Under the pieces are notes generated by a model. It did no database searches, had not been told where the DNA came from, and worked only from the letters and a program-made list of their open reading frames with translations. A program made the position numbers and the translations under genes. DNA of 20,000 bases from Spirogloea muscicola (taxonomy: Eukaryota), in assembly GCA_009602725.1 (NCBI GenBank), contig WELB01000001.1:1389043-1409042 (forward strand). Direction: 5' to 3'. This document shows positions 1 to 10,563 of the stretch, one piece after another (the stretch's first letter is position 1; each line of letters starts with the position of its first letter).

Positions 1-35
1 CCAGTGGCAGCTGCCAGCACAATCGAGCCGAAGCG

Positions 36-56
36 ATTGGCGATTGGTCAAATTGG
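36..56 (-). promoter_or_regulatory. three clustered CCAAT boxes (ATTGG on + strand) upstream of the ARM-repeat gene
   Basis: ATTGG at 36-40, 43-47 and 52-56, about 160-180 nt upstream of the ATG at 217. The motifs are seen directly; function is inferred from position only. Confidence 0.3.
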
Positions 57-216
57 TGCTGGCAGAGTAGCTGGAGACGAGGACGATCTGTTTTGGCCGT
101 GTCAAGTCATGTGTTGGTGCCCATGATTGTTGTGATAGCATGCTGCGACAGAATCGTGATTGCATTGACGCGGTGCACTTTGGCGTGATAATGCAGGCCC
201 TTCGCGACTGGGCCCG

Positions 217-2256
217 ATGCAGCACCAGCTGCACGACATGGACCTGCAGCAGCTCATCTCGCAGCTGCAGTTTGGCGACATGAACGCCAGGCGGGCCGCG
301 GCGGGGCAGGTGCGGGCGCTGGCGCGAAGCAGCGCCGAGGCGCGCACGCTCATCGCGGAGGCCGGGGCGGTGCCGCTGCTCCTGGGGCTTCTGGACGCCG
401 ACGAGCCGAGGGTGCAGGAGGCGTCGGGCCTCGCAATCCTCAACCTGTGCATCAAAAACGCCTGGTGAGCAGCTCGACAAGCCGGCCCGGCCAGGCTATC
501 TCAAGATACAGTCTCGAGGCACTGCTTATCACAGATCTATATGTCAGCTTAAGCTGAAGGCACTTCATGCATAATGGGCACTCTATAAAGCTGAAGGCAT
601 TGCTTGCTGCAGTTTCGGTAGCATCGCTTGTATCTCATAACAGCCAGGCTGAGCGCTCGTTGCCAGTCCGACCTGACTGTGATGACAGGCCTTACTTTGA
701 AGTGGCTGCTGCTCATCTCTGTGTTGCTGCAGCAACAAGGCGGCGGTGATGGAGGCCGGCGCAGTGCCGCGGCTGGTGCACCTTCTGCGGCCGGAGGCGC
801 CGCTGACGATACGCGAGGCGGCAGCGGCTGTGCTGCTGTGCCTGGCCGCAGACAACGACGAGACCAAGGCGGCCATCGGTGCAGCGGGGGCCATCCCGCT
901 CCTCGGGCAGCTGCTCACAGCCGGCTCGCTGCAGGGCACCAAGGACGCCGTGCACGCACTGTACAACCTGGTGGCGTAGGACGGCAACCGCGGCCGCATC
1001 CTGCGCGCGCGCGTCGTGCCGGGCCTCGTCGCGGTGCTTAAGGGCGGGTATGCGACGCCTGAGGCAGAGAAGGTGGTGGCCATCCTGGGCATCCTGGCAG
1101 GCCTAGAGGAAGGGCGCGGCGCGCTGTCGGAGCACGAGGACACGCTCCGCGTGCTCGTGAAAGTGCTGGAGGCTGGGTCGCTGCGCGGCAAGGAGCTGGC
1201 GCTCGCCTCGCTGCTCCCCTTGTGCGTGCACTCCAAAGCGTGCCGTGTGGCGGTCGTGGAGCGTGGCGCTGGCGATGCGCTCCTGGCACTCAGCCTCACA
1301 GGCGAGCCAAAGCTGCGGGAGAAGGCCTACCAGCTACTAGCCTGCCTGGGGGGCAAGGTACGAGCTTTTGCAGCTGAAGGGGCACCGTTTTATATCCCAG
1401 TCTCAGAGCCTAGCCTTGACTTGTAATGTCATCTAAGCGCAGTCAAGTAAAGGCTTACTGCCTTAGTTCGTGGCAGACCAAGCATACTTGGTCATTTGCA
1501 GGGGCTGGATCGTAGTATTAGTGCCTATATCCTGCTCGTGTGCTGCCCCAGCCTGCTGCTATAAGAGTCTGCCTGCCACTCCTCTGCTTACGTCAGCTGC
1601 CTCCCACATTGCCTGCAGTATCCTGCTGATTCATCTCTGTCATCTGCTTGGCATATGAGAAACACGTGCCACCTAAATGGCTTCTGCTGGTTGTTAAAAA
1701 CGTCAGACTTTGAGCTTACATCTTATTTGTTCCAAATGTAGAAGCGGGGCGAGAAGCCAACATCTGCACCAATGGTAATGCTGTCACAGTCCGCATCAGC
1801 AAGGGAAATTAGCCCCGACTCAGGGAGCCGCAGCGGCAGCGGGAGCTCCGAGGACGAACGCTCCGCCAAATATGTGAGCTTTGCAGAGTTGCTGGATGTA
1901 CTTCCAAGTTGTCAGCTAAGCTGTTTGATTGCCATACAGGAGAATGAGTGCTTGCCGAAGTTCGTCGCAGCATATCTGCTGCTTCTTGACAATCTGCAAA
2001 GTTGGTGCGGGCCTGAGAGCGTCTGCTTCCCTGCTGCTCTTGGGCGAGTACCTGTGAGCAGGTGGTGCGGCACATGGTGTGGCAAAGCATGCAGAAGACC
2101 ATGACCAACATTCGGCGGCGGGCACGGCTGCCATCGGAGGACTTCAGTCCAAGCCTGAGCCCAAGTGGCAGCCCGCGCTCACGGAGTCCCCTAAGCCCAT
2201 CGCTCATGCCCGGCAGCCCCTCGTCTGCTCCTGAGCTCTCAGAGGAAAGTAGCTAG
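217..2256 (+). pseudogene. armadillo (ARM)-repeat protein gene of plant PUB/ARM type, join(217..464,733..1357,1742..1873,2062..2256), with an in-frame TAG at 977-979 (nonsense allele, pseudogene or base error)
   Basis: ARM repeats read directly: EAGAVPLLLGLL...QEASGLAILNL, NKAAVMEAGAVPRLVHLL...REAAAAVLLCLA, KAAIGAAGAIPLLGQLL..GSLQGTKDAVHALYNL, GSLRGKELALASLLPLC, GEPKLREKAYQLL. All three GT-AG introns keep the frame: donors GTGAGC 465, GTACGA 1358, GTGAGC 1874; acceptor AG ending at 732, 1741, 2061. Spliced length is 1200 nt. The last exon (VRHMVWQSMQKTMTNIRRRARLP) resembles the 'VKQLVQQSL..NM.RI.KRANLP' tail of plant ARM-only proteins (recalled, not searched). No U-box seen. Confidence 0.8.
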
Positions 2257-2383
2257 CAGTGTCCAGTCCAATCTGGCCTGTATCCAGCCATCTTTGTGGG
2301 TGCTTGCTTGTATGTATATCGGCACAAAGCTAGCGTGAGTTTATAGTCATAGGCTGGCTCACTCTTTGGTGTAGGAGCACATT

Positions 2384-2494
2384 GAGAGAGCCTGAAAGAG
2401 GCTGAAGGAGGAGGGGTGGGGAGAGAAGAGAGATAAAGTGGGAGGAACAGGGGAAGGAGGGAGAGAGAGAGAGTTGAGTGTAAGTGTGTGTGTG
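2384..2494. repeat. polypurine (GA-rich) low-complexity tract ending in (GA)n and (GT)n microsatellite runs
   Basis: Mostly G/A on the + strand, including gagagagagagag and gtgtgtgtgtg. Confidence 0.6.
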
Positions 2495-2869
2495 CGACAG
2501 GTTGACAGCATGCTCTGCCCTGTGGTCAAGGGCGGAGTGAAGATCAAAATACTCTGTACATTAACCTTGTACGCGGCGGCTATTACTGTCGCCCCCTTGC
2601 TAAAGGTGGGCATACATCTGTGCTGTGGAGTCCTTAGGCAAGACCGTACACACTATTGTCGTCCTGGTGTACGTTCTACTAGCTTGCTTGCATATGTGCG
2701 AGCTTGCTTGCATACATATCTTTCCAGGGGCGAGCTGCAGCACTGATTGACCTCCCTTTGCCTCGGGAGCAGCAGCCTCTGCACCTCGTGGAGGGGTTGA
2801 TTGCACAGGTCCCTGTATGTGCTCTGCATCACCTGATTCTAGCAACAGCCTGACAGCAACAAGAGCATG

Positions 2870-3310
2870 TGCACATGAGCGACGAGATAAGGATGCTTAA
2901 AATCTGCACATTAACTTTATTTGATTTTAGAGATGGGGTGATCGAAAGAGCTAAAGCCTTACTAGTACCTGCCAATTGTGAGCAGCAATCTAGGTGCTGG
3001 CGACGAAGTAGTGAGGGCCTCAGTCTTACGAAAATTGCCACCTTTTATGCTACTACTTATGTGATGTGTGTGCCAAGGAATCCTGACCAGTGCTTTTGTC
3101 TGTCGCCAGTCCACACAATCACTTTGGCAATCACTCTTTCCTCAAGGCACGGGTGTTGTACTATATTAAAATTCTATCCTGGAAAGGTGTCTGACACCAA
3201 GCAGTGTTGTAGATGCCCTTTCCAGTGGAGTATTGGCGAATGCTTGGACGCCAGGGCATGCGCATCCAAGTAGATATTGTCACGTCTGATCATGTACTGA
3301 GCAACCGTGA
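2870..3310 (+). mobile_element. highly degenerate Ty3/Gypsy-like reverse transcriptase/connection-domain relic
   Basis: Motif remnants occur in the expected order across shifting frames: RRSSEGLSL / ENCHL (cf. RL...GL.L..EKC.F), YYIK / KFYPG (cf. FLG...YY.KFIP), PFQWSIGEC (cf. F.W...C..AF), IVTSDHVL (cf. LTSAPVL). No intact YxDD; many frameshifts. Confidence 0.4.
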
Positions 3311-4756
3311 AGACAGAGTAGGAAACATGGACCGCAATCCTGGATCCGGAGACAAACACCCAGACGTGGATTCGTGCGTCCGCTTTACTTGTGCCCCGGA
3401 ATGCTGTTATGGATGTAGCCCATGTCTTTGGGGTACGGCAAAGGCTAGGAGATACTAAAAGGAGGAGGTGAGCTACTAAGTCTCAAACATCCCGTGGACG
3501 TCATCTGCTAGCGTGACGATCTCCTCATGTGGGCTGCTTCGCATGCTTGCGCTCCCTGGCTCCTGCAGCCTTTGCCAATGGCGTGCCCTGCCTCGTCAGA
3601 GGCAGAGAGCCTTAATAGGCTCCTGCCCGAATCAATGAGGGCGTGACGCTTCCTCACGGCGGGCTTGCTCATGGCTCCCCCCCTTCCGGTCTGGGCTTCA
3701 ACAGCCACCAAGTGTTGCTGGACGAGCACTTTCTCATCACAGCTTCGGGAGCTCTACTCTCTCTTGCCCTACCTTCCTTCGCATGCTTTTCTGCTTGCAC
3801 CAGCCGTATCTATTGGACGGACTAAGGCCCGTGAGCTTTCGCTTGTGAGCTTTCGCTCGCTTGCTTCCCACCAGGTGTAAAATATGAGGCACACAAGCAT
3901 ATTGCACCGACTCCTGAGTGTCCACAGGTCTCCACCAAAAGGGAAGGCTCAAAAGGGAAGCCTTATCTTGCCGGCTCCTGTGCCAGCCTTAGCGCCAGCT
4001 TTAGTGCTGTTATCGCAACATTACCACTTGCGCCTTCATCGTTAAGAAAGTGGACCACTCCCATTCCTCCGCTGGGCGAGGTAACTAGCCTTCCCACAAT
4101 GCATCAAGCTGCCTTTCCTATGGCACGAAGTTGAGTTCCACTTACGTACTTTCATTTCAGGCGCCGGCCTGCAGGGTTCTCTTCACGATCATCAAATCTG
4201 CAACACGCGCTGCCTTCTGCACGCCTAGCAGAAGCCTGCAATTGCCATCTGGCTGTCTGCTGTCACAGCTGCAACAGTTGCCCTTCGTCTGTCCGCACAC
4301 ATCAAGCACACACGTGCTAAATTGAACAAGTATCCCAGTCCACTATCAAACCAATCCAGCAAGAAGGTGGCTCGTCGTCAACAGCGTTGTTACATTCCAA
4401 AGTATTGAGAGAAGGCTTCGAATGCAGAGTTCCACACATTGTGAGCACCAAATAGTCCTTGTGATGCTGCATGACTCTTCATGTAGCTGCGCATAACTTC
4501 GCTGCCATTTTCTGAGCTATGAGGCCGTCAGCTTCGTGAAGCGCGGAAATTTCTTGACAACACAGCACGTTTTCGTGCAGCACCTCTGTATCGTCGACAA
4601 TCCGTTCAGCAGCATGACATGCAGATCCTGCCACGGCCGAAAGCCAGTTCCTCGACACGCTGTCCGAGTGGCCATGCCGCTCGGACAGCCTGCTATACAC
4701 GTTGTAGGGTTTTGCCCCTCGCTATTTGCGCCTTTGTGCAACCTCCCACACATCCT

Positions 4757-4810
4757 GAAAGTGCTCGCCCTTAGAGAAGAGGGGCTGGCAAAGCCAGCCC
4801 AAAAAGAATC
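4757..4810 (-). mobile_element. extreme 3' end (stem-loop plus terminal motif) of CRE-like non-LTR retrotransposon
   Basis: The minus strand reads gattctttttgggctggctttgccagcccctcttctctaagggcgagcactttc, matching the 3' ends at 12981-13031 (-), 13905-13955 (+) and 18805-18858 (+). Perfect 8-bp stem GGGCTGGC-AAA-GCCAGCCC at 4782-4800. Confidence 0.7.
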
Positions 4811-4814
4811 GGCA

Positions 4815-5975
4815 ATGTCCAAAGCCAAAGGAAAAGGTGCCAAAGAAGGACTACACTACAAAACACGAGACGATGCAGAGGGAAGCTCAGTACCCGCGAG
4901 TGAGCAACATCAAGTCAGAGTGGCTCGCTGCAGGGAAAGAGGCACTCCGCAGAGACCCAGAGGCAGCAGCCATAGCACGGCCTGCTCGCGTGTGGACGGC
5001 GTGGGCTAGGGTCCAGCTTTGGAACGAGACCGCCAGGCGCATACGGTATATCTGGGCGATCGAACTGGCGGCGGTGAAGCCGGGCAGCGCCCCTGGTAGA
5101 CCCGGCCTCCAGTCAATGGCCTGACGGGCAAGCCGCTGGAGGAGATCCAGCCAACGGCTGCCGAAAACCGGGTGTACATCGATCGCCAGGGCCGCGAATA
5201 CATCACCAACGGGGTGATCCGCGTACTTGCGCTCCTTTGCCTAAATACCTTGAAGGGTGGGTGGCACAGAGGAACACCAGTAATGTTGGCGGAGACCAGA
5301 CGGGGAGTCGGGTTAGTGAAGCTCTGTGAGAAGCGCAGCCCTGCTGCTGCTGCTGCCCCAGATGCTGCCGCGGCTCGTCACCAGATGGGAAATCTGTGGC
5401 AGCGTCCCGATTGACACCACTCTGCAGCTGGTGCCCAGGGTTGGAGCCGCCACCTTGCCAAGGCGCCACAAGGCGAGACTTCCACTGCGCTTGGCATGCA
5501 AATGGGTACATTCGCATGGGGTTGACCCCCAAAACGCCGTACACCCAAACCCTACACGACGACGACGACGACTTCACGTCCCACATGTAGTAGGAGAGTG
5601 CTTGTACATCGCCTTTCACCGCCCAGAGTGAGGCACTGTATCTTACATTTGCACAATACCATTTGCAGAATGTGAATGAGCTCTCTTCTTTTGTTTGACG
5701 CCATGTGTGCCCATAGGCAGACCAGCGACAGACGCGGGCAGGCCCGATTTTCCCCACACGTGAAGCTCACAAGCTCCAAGCACTGCATTTTGAGGTCATG
5801 GATGATGGACATTGTGCCCACAAAGTCGAGCGCTTGATTACACGTCCAGATCAGCTGGACGAGCCTTTAGTATATTCATTACCACGTTGCGACTGCTGGG
5901 GCACGCCCGCTGCCATCATCTTGCTATGTTATGCTTTCAACGCTCAAGGCGGGTATCACGTCATGGTGGAGGTAA
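4815..5975 (+). pseudogene. frameshifted relic of an unidentified Cys/His-containing protein gene, probably transposon-derived (copy 1)
   Basis: Run of overlapping coding-like + frames (PKKDYTTKHETMQ..., PLEEIQP...TLKGGWHRG...VKLCEKRSP, CSWCPG...DFHCAWHANGY, GHCAHKVERLITRP). Possible intron 5628-5716. The 5085-5560 part is similar to 16550-17005. Confidence 0.45.
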
Positions 5976-6213
5976 GTGCATGGCGAAACTGCTGCAGCGC
6001 ATTCTTTGCAGGACTGGCGATGCAGGTGCCCGACTTGGGCCTGCCAAGGCGTCCTCCGGGAAGGCTCTTATAATCCCTCTCCTCCAAAGGCACTTCTTCT
6101 CCTCCAAAGCCGTGCCCTTCATGTCTCCACGATGGGAGAGAAAAAGAGACGCTTCCAGAAGAGGGCGGTGGCGGTGGAGAGAAGCTCTTGACATGCAGGC
6201 GGTGGCTGTGGAA

Positions 6214-6790
6214 GAAGTAAGCTCTTTCAAGGGGGGCGAGGGCTGTGAAAGGCGAGCCTCAGAAGAAGTTGGACAAGGTCAAGGGGGAGTCCCCGACAGG
6301 GAAAAGTCCACTGCAGATTGTTAAGCATAAGAAGGGCCACTACGGTTGGCCACTCATTGGCCCTAGGCAGAAGCCGCACGTCGGATATGCTAGCAGCTGG
6401 GAAAGATGTGCAGGCGCTCTCCCACAGGAATGGAGTGTGTATTTGGAGATGGAGGGCCTGTGTGGCCAAGTACGAATTCAAGCACGTAGACTAATCTGCA
6501 TCACCTGCTGCTAAGCTGACTTGCTCAGTAACCACGAGTCAGCACGTAGAGGTCGCTAACTGATGCCCGAATACCGGACAGTAATCGACAAGCTCTTGTG
6601 CTACCAGCTAAGGCTCGACCAGCTTTCTGATGCAACGCATGAGCCTGAGCTCGCTGTAGACAAGCTGACACTCGACGTCGCAAGAATGACAAGTAGGCTG
6701 CCGGCATGCCCATCTGAGCTGGAAGCATATCCTCACGTCGAGCATATACCAGACTTGCAACAATTTCAAGTAGGGTACAGAAGCGAGGAC
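6214..6790 (-). mobile_element. 5'-truncated CRE-like (RLE) non-LTR retrotransposon fragment: ORF C-terminus plus 3' UTR
   Basis: ORF 6525..6794(-) ends YLSFLRRRVSACLQRAQAHALHQKAGRALAG...VSDLYVLTRGY*. The UTR ends cttgtccaacttcttctgaggctcgcctttcacagccctcgccccccttgaaagagcttacttc (about 6276-6214), matching the family terminus. Confidence 0.7.
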
Positions 6791-7030
6791 CCATGCAGCC
6801 GAAAATCTCAATGCGGCCGGTAGGAGGTAATCACTGCGGGGTTAGTCAGAGTAGTGTCGGAGCATTCTCAGCTTTTCACCTCCCACTGCGTGGCCAGCAG
6901 TGTGAGTCGAAGCGGAACTCTTGTACGCCTCCGTCACATCAACCTAGGCTCGTGGGCCTCCGCCAGGATGTACACCCACAATGTCCAGGGTGCGACAGAG
7001 GATGTGGGCTATGAAAGCCAGCCTAATTAG

Positions 7031-7172
7031 TGAGTAGTGGGAGTTGGAGAAAGGGGGGTGAGGAGAGGGGGGGGAGCGAGCGAGAGAGTGAGGGAGGGAG
7101 GGAGGGCTGCAAACGGCCAGCCCGACATACATTTCTGCTGGGGGGTCGGGGGGGTGGACTTGGGAGGGGGTT
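7031..7172 (+). repeat. G/purine-rich tract with a potential G-quadruplex motif
   Basis: GA-rich 7031-7107 including (GGGA)n. 7140-7170 has four or more G-runs (G6-TC-G6-TGGACTT-G3-A-G5). Confidence 0.5.
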
Positions 7173-8019
7173 CCATGAAGTGCACACTCACAGCCACTCC
7201 GGTCTTCATAGGAAGTCCCATTCTGGCGCTACGGTTCAGTCTATGTTCCATTGATTACTTGAAGGTGAGATTAATAAGTTGACGGACTGCAAGCTTGCCT
7301 GACCAAGTGCAGCCACTGCAACCTCAGAATGGCACGTACATACCTCGTAATTAATACTAGGCATTCTGGCCCCTCACAGACATTGGCCAAAGGGTTGTGG
7401 AGGGAAGAGGTCTTTGGTATGATCTTAACACCCACCCCACCCCACTCCGCCTCCATATTCTCTCTATATCCAGGCGCTGATAGGGGAGGGACCAGATATT
7501 GTGCCCCCCGCTTCATGGGCTTTGTGAAAGGTCTCCAGCATCTTCTTGTTGCAGCTGCCTCGCTTTAATTGTCTTCCTAATGCGTGATATGTCTGTTGAC
7601 AAATGCAAGGTTCACCACCACCAAAGGCAGCTGGCTGGCCGCCAACAAGGGGTCCATATCAGATTAGCAGCAGTGTGCAAGTCTTTCTTTCTACATTTGG
7701 AACGACGTCGTGGTGTCATACGTACGCCAGCTTTCACGCTCAAGGACTGTGGGCCAAGTAGGGACCTCAAATACTAAGAGTCTTCTGCAGTTGTCTTATG
7801 CTAGATATTGTGGTCAAGCCCTGCAACGTGTAAGTGTCTCCTGACTTCTCACCACCCATGCGCCTGAGTCACTGCCCTGAACGTTGTCAAGGTCTTTCCA
7901 GTCTGCGCTGCACGTGTGCTGCATGAAGAACGTCTGAAATTGCTGTAGTAGCCAAGCAGCAAGTGGCCAGGACCGCAGAAGATGGGGCAGGCTGGGCGGG
8001 GCGCTCCCTCGGTGCGTGG

Positions 8020-8240
8020 GACGCGCCCAGCTGACTCAACCCCTTCCGTTACTCTGCACTCGCATTCACGGCCACGTGTGCTTGGCCTCCACGTCGCCCA
8101 TTGCCGGAAACAAGCTGGCGCCTCCACGTGACGTCCTCCGGGTCGTTACTGGATTTGATATGACGACAGGGAGGCTCTCTGTTTGTCGCAGGGAGTCTCA
8201 CGTGCCCGCAATATTAACAAGGCAGGTGTCCTACTGCGGC
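8020..8240 (+). mobile_element. degenerate CRE-like zinc-knuckle/RHD region relic
   Basis: LGLHVAHCRKQAG, then after a frameshift RDVLRVVTGFDMTTGRLSVCRRESHV. This resembles the 'G.HL..C..GG....HD.VR......G..V.RE..H' segment preceding the RLE domain of CRE-clade elements. Confidence 0.35.
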
Positions 8241-8528
8241 TAGGGCGGGCGCGTTCTGTAAAGGACATCCCACTGCTGTTCCCGGGTTGAGGTTGCGGGG
8301 CCCTCATGTCCTCTCTTTGGTCCAAGGCAAGCCCAGGAGCACAGTGTCCAAACGGCCTGCGGTACCCAGGGGCCAAAATCAGGGGCTTTCAGCGCCGGGC
8401 CCAGGCTCTGCTGTGCACGTGCAATCGAGCGTCTGCCGCGTGCCGATCGTTAATTGGGCCACAAGGAGGCAAGCCGTTTCGCGGCAGGTGCGGACGGCAG
8501 GTGCCCGTCGCGGCGCGAGGAGCGGCGA

Positions 8529-8677
8529 GCGCTGGTTGGCGGGAAGCGCCGCTTCTGTGGCGAACAGGGCATGGGCGGGGGGGGGGGGGGGGGGCCGGGN
8601 NNNNNNNNNNNNNNNNNNNNNNNNNNGCGCTGGTTGGCGGGAAGCGCCGCTTCTGTGGCGAGCAGGGCATGGGCGGG
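8529..8677. other. assembly gap (27 N, 8600-8626) flanked by a duplicated 51-bp sequence and a poly-G run
   Basis: gcgctggttggcgggaagcgccgcttctgtggcga(a/g)cagggcatgggcggg at 8529-8579 and 8627-8677, with one mismatch. Confidence 0.85.
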
Positions 8678-8837
8678 CGGGGGGGGCTTCGTACAAGCGG
8701 TGCACACCGCCTCCCAGCCCGGCGGCGCGGAGGGACTCCCGGGGCTGCCGTGCGGGCCGCGACCGCCACGGGCGGGCTGACGGAGCCTCTGCCGGGCGGG
8801 CGGGCTGCGCCCCGCGCGTCGGTAGAGGAGAAGACAT

Positions 8838-9085
8838 GAAATAGCTCTTCCAATGCAACGCAAAGAGATTTGCGTGGATGGGAAATTGGAGGGCCAAAGT
8901 GGCCAAGTACAGCGGCAAGCACATCTGATGACGTACATTATCGACCCGCTCAGTAACCACGGGTCAGCACATAGAGGTCGCCAGTCGATGCGTGGATACC
9001 GGGTGGCGAATTCCAAGCCCTTCTGCCACCAACTGGCAATAGCTGTGAGAGGCCAGCCCAGACGAGATGACCAAGATTTAAGAGG
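8838..9085 (-). mobile_element. CRE-like 3' fragments: ORF end plus UTR (8838-9005), preceded by another copy's UTR end (9010-9085)
   Basis: GIHASTGDLYVLTRGY* (stop 8950-8952). The UTR matches 13475-13542(-) (gcgggtc..agatgtgcttgcc..tgtac.tggcca.tttggcc) and ends tggaagagctatttc (8852-8838). 9075-9010(-) reads cttggtcatctcgtctgggctggcctctcacagc...agaagggc. Confidence 0.7.
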
Positions 9086-9155
9086 GCCGGAAGGCGCCAG
9101 CAACACGAGAGAAGCTTTCCGTGACTGCTGCGAGTCGGAGGAGAGGCCGCAGCTG

Positions 9156-9200
9156 CTCCGAATGCTCCAAAAACTCCAAATGTTCCAAATGCTCCAAATG
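9156..9200 (+). repeat. 9-bp tandem repeat (CTCCAAATG) x5
   Basis: ctccgaatg ctccaaaaa ctccaaatg ttccaaatg ctccaaatg. Confidence 0.85.
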
Positions 9201-9396
9201 GGGGCTCGAGGGCTGCGAAGAGCCAACACCGTGAGAGCACAGGCGCGGGAACGGCAAGGTGGCGTGGCATCATGGCGCGCAGGGCTCGCGCGGCAGCCGC
9301 CCGCCCGTATCTCCGCGCCGGCACCGGCCTGGGGGCTGGCCTCCCGCCGCCTCCCTCCCCCCCCACTCCCAGCGCCGCCGCCGCCGCCCCGACGCC

Positions 9397-10563
9397 ATGG
9401 CCGCCGTGGTGTGCTACCGCGAGGTCCGCCCCCGCGGGCCCCTCCCACTGGACCGTCCGCTGCCGTACCTCACGCCCGCCATGCAGGCCGCCGCCTGGGG
9501 CTGCGTCGAGGTGCTCTCCAGTGGCGGCGCCTCCGCCGCCGCCAGCGGCAATGCCGCCGCCGCGGCGGCGGCGCTGCGGGCGCGCAAGCTGCTGCGCAAG
9601 AAGCGCGAGAAGCACGCCGTGACGGCGGCGTACCCGGGCGTGCGGCAGCGGCACTGGGGCAAGTGGGTGGCCGAGATCCGCATCCCCGGGAAGCGGTCGC
9701 GCCACTGGCTGGGCACCTTCGACACGCCGGACGAGGCCGTCGCCGCGTACGAGGCCGCGGCCCGCCAGCTCCAGCACGCGGCCGCAGCCAAGGCCGGGCC
9801 CGCGCTGCACGCCGAGCCGGGCAAGCCGTCGCGTGGGGCGTGCAGCGGGCAAGCCGTCGCGGGGGTGGTCGGCAACGCCAACGGCAGCGCCGTGAAGATG
9901 GACGCGGACGCCGCTGCGGCGGCGGCGCCGCCGCAGGCCGCCGACCTGCACTGGCTCGAGGCCTGGCTGGACATGCCGCCGCTGACGCCGGCCACCCGGA
10001 CGGCCAGCGGCAACTGCGGGCGCAGCGGCGGGCAGTGGCCGTCCGAGGCGGTGACTGGCCTGCCGCCGCCGCTGGCTCTGAACCCCCCGGCGACGCCCAC
10101 ATGCAGTGCCAGCTCCGCCGGCAGCAGCATGGCCACCTTCCCTTCCTCGGCCAGCCACGGCGCCCGCCACGCTGCCATGGGCGTCGGGGCCGAGGAGGAG
10201 GCGCGGCCGCTCGACCGGCAATTCAGTGACGCCGCCACGGTGTCATCCCAATCCGAGGGCGGCGCCAGTGACGACGGGGGCCCGCTGGGGGGCTACACGA
10301 TCGAGGAGCTCAGCGCGCACCTCGAACCGGCGATGCAGGAGGAGATCCTCGCTTCCCCCCAGCTCTTCACCGAGCTCCTGCTGGCCGTGATGGCTACCGA
10401 GTCGCTCTCGCAGGCCGGCGGCAAAGGCCAAGCCGCCGACTCCCAACAACCGACGGCCTCCCTGAGCACCTTCTCCAGCAGCATCGAGGAAGCCAGCAGT
10501 GAAGCCGTCTCGCACGTCGTCCGCAGCGACGCTGACCTTTTCGAAATCCTCGGCATGTGCTGA
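9397..10563 (+). CDS. AP2/ERF transcription factor, single AP2 domain, DREB-type (A-6/group I-like signature), intronless, 388 aa
   Basis: AP2 domain at about 9631-9775: [47 protein letters not shown]. It is preceded by a basic NLS-like [12 protein letters not shown] and followed by Ala/Ser-rich and acidic C-terminal regions. The ATG at 9397 is in a gccATGG context; TGA at 10561-10563. Confidence 0.92.
   Translation: MAAVVCYREVRPRGPLPLDRPLPYLTPAMQAAAWGCVEVLSSGGASAAASGNAAAAAAALRARKLLRKKREKHAVTAAYPGVRQRHWGKWVAEIRIPGKRSRHWLGTFDTPDEAVAAYEAAARQLQHAAAAKAGPALHAEPGKPSRGACSGQAVAGVVGNANGSAVKMDADAAAAAAPPQAADLHWLEAWLDMPPLTPATRTASGNCGRSGGQWPSEAVTGLPPPLALNPPATPTCSASSAGSSMATFPSSASHGARHAAMGVGAEEEARPLDRQFSDAATVSSQSEGGASDDGGPLGGYTIEELSAHLEPAMQEEILASPQLFTELLLAVMATESLSQAGGKGQAADSQQPTASLSTFSSSIEEASSEAVSHVVRSDADLFEILGMC

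Noticed and set aside
977..982. Stop-codon reassignment or pyrrolysine
   Set aside because: TAG terminates this same gene at 2254-2256, and a single instance is no evidence for recoding.
3500..4700. Minus-strand coding-like remnants, including HCGKASYLAQ (possible gag zinc knuckle) near 4070-4110
   Set aside because: Too degenerate: the knuckle His and Cys residues are missing and no other motif supports it.
4782..4806. Rho-independent terminator or Helitron 3' hairpin
   Set aside because: Eukaryotic context, and on the element strand the T-tract precedes the hairpin. No CTRR end follows, so it is better explained as the retroelement UTR stem-loop.
8529..8677. Apparent 51-bp tandem duplication
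   Set aside because: It flanks an N gap and a poly-G run, so it is most simply an unmerged contig overlap.
8450..10238. Long overlapping ORFs 8853..10229(+), 8950..10221(-), 8450..9448(-) and 9414..10238(-)
   Set aside because: Shadow frames of the very GC-rich AP2 gene; Arg/Gly/Ala-rich with no domain. The tail of 8950..10221 is merely the retroelement ORF end.
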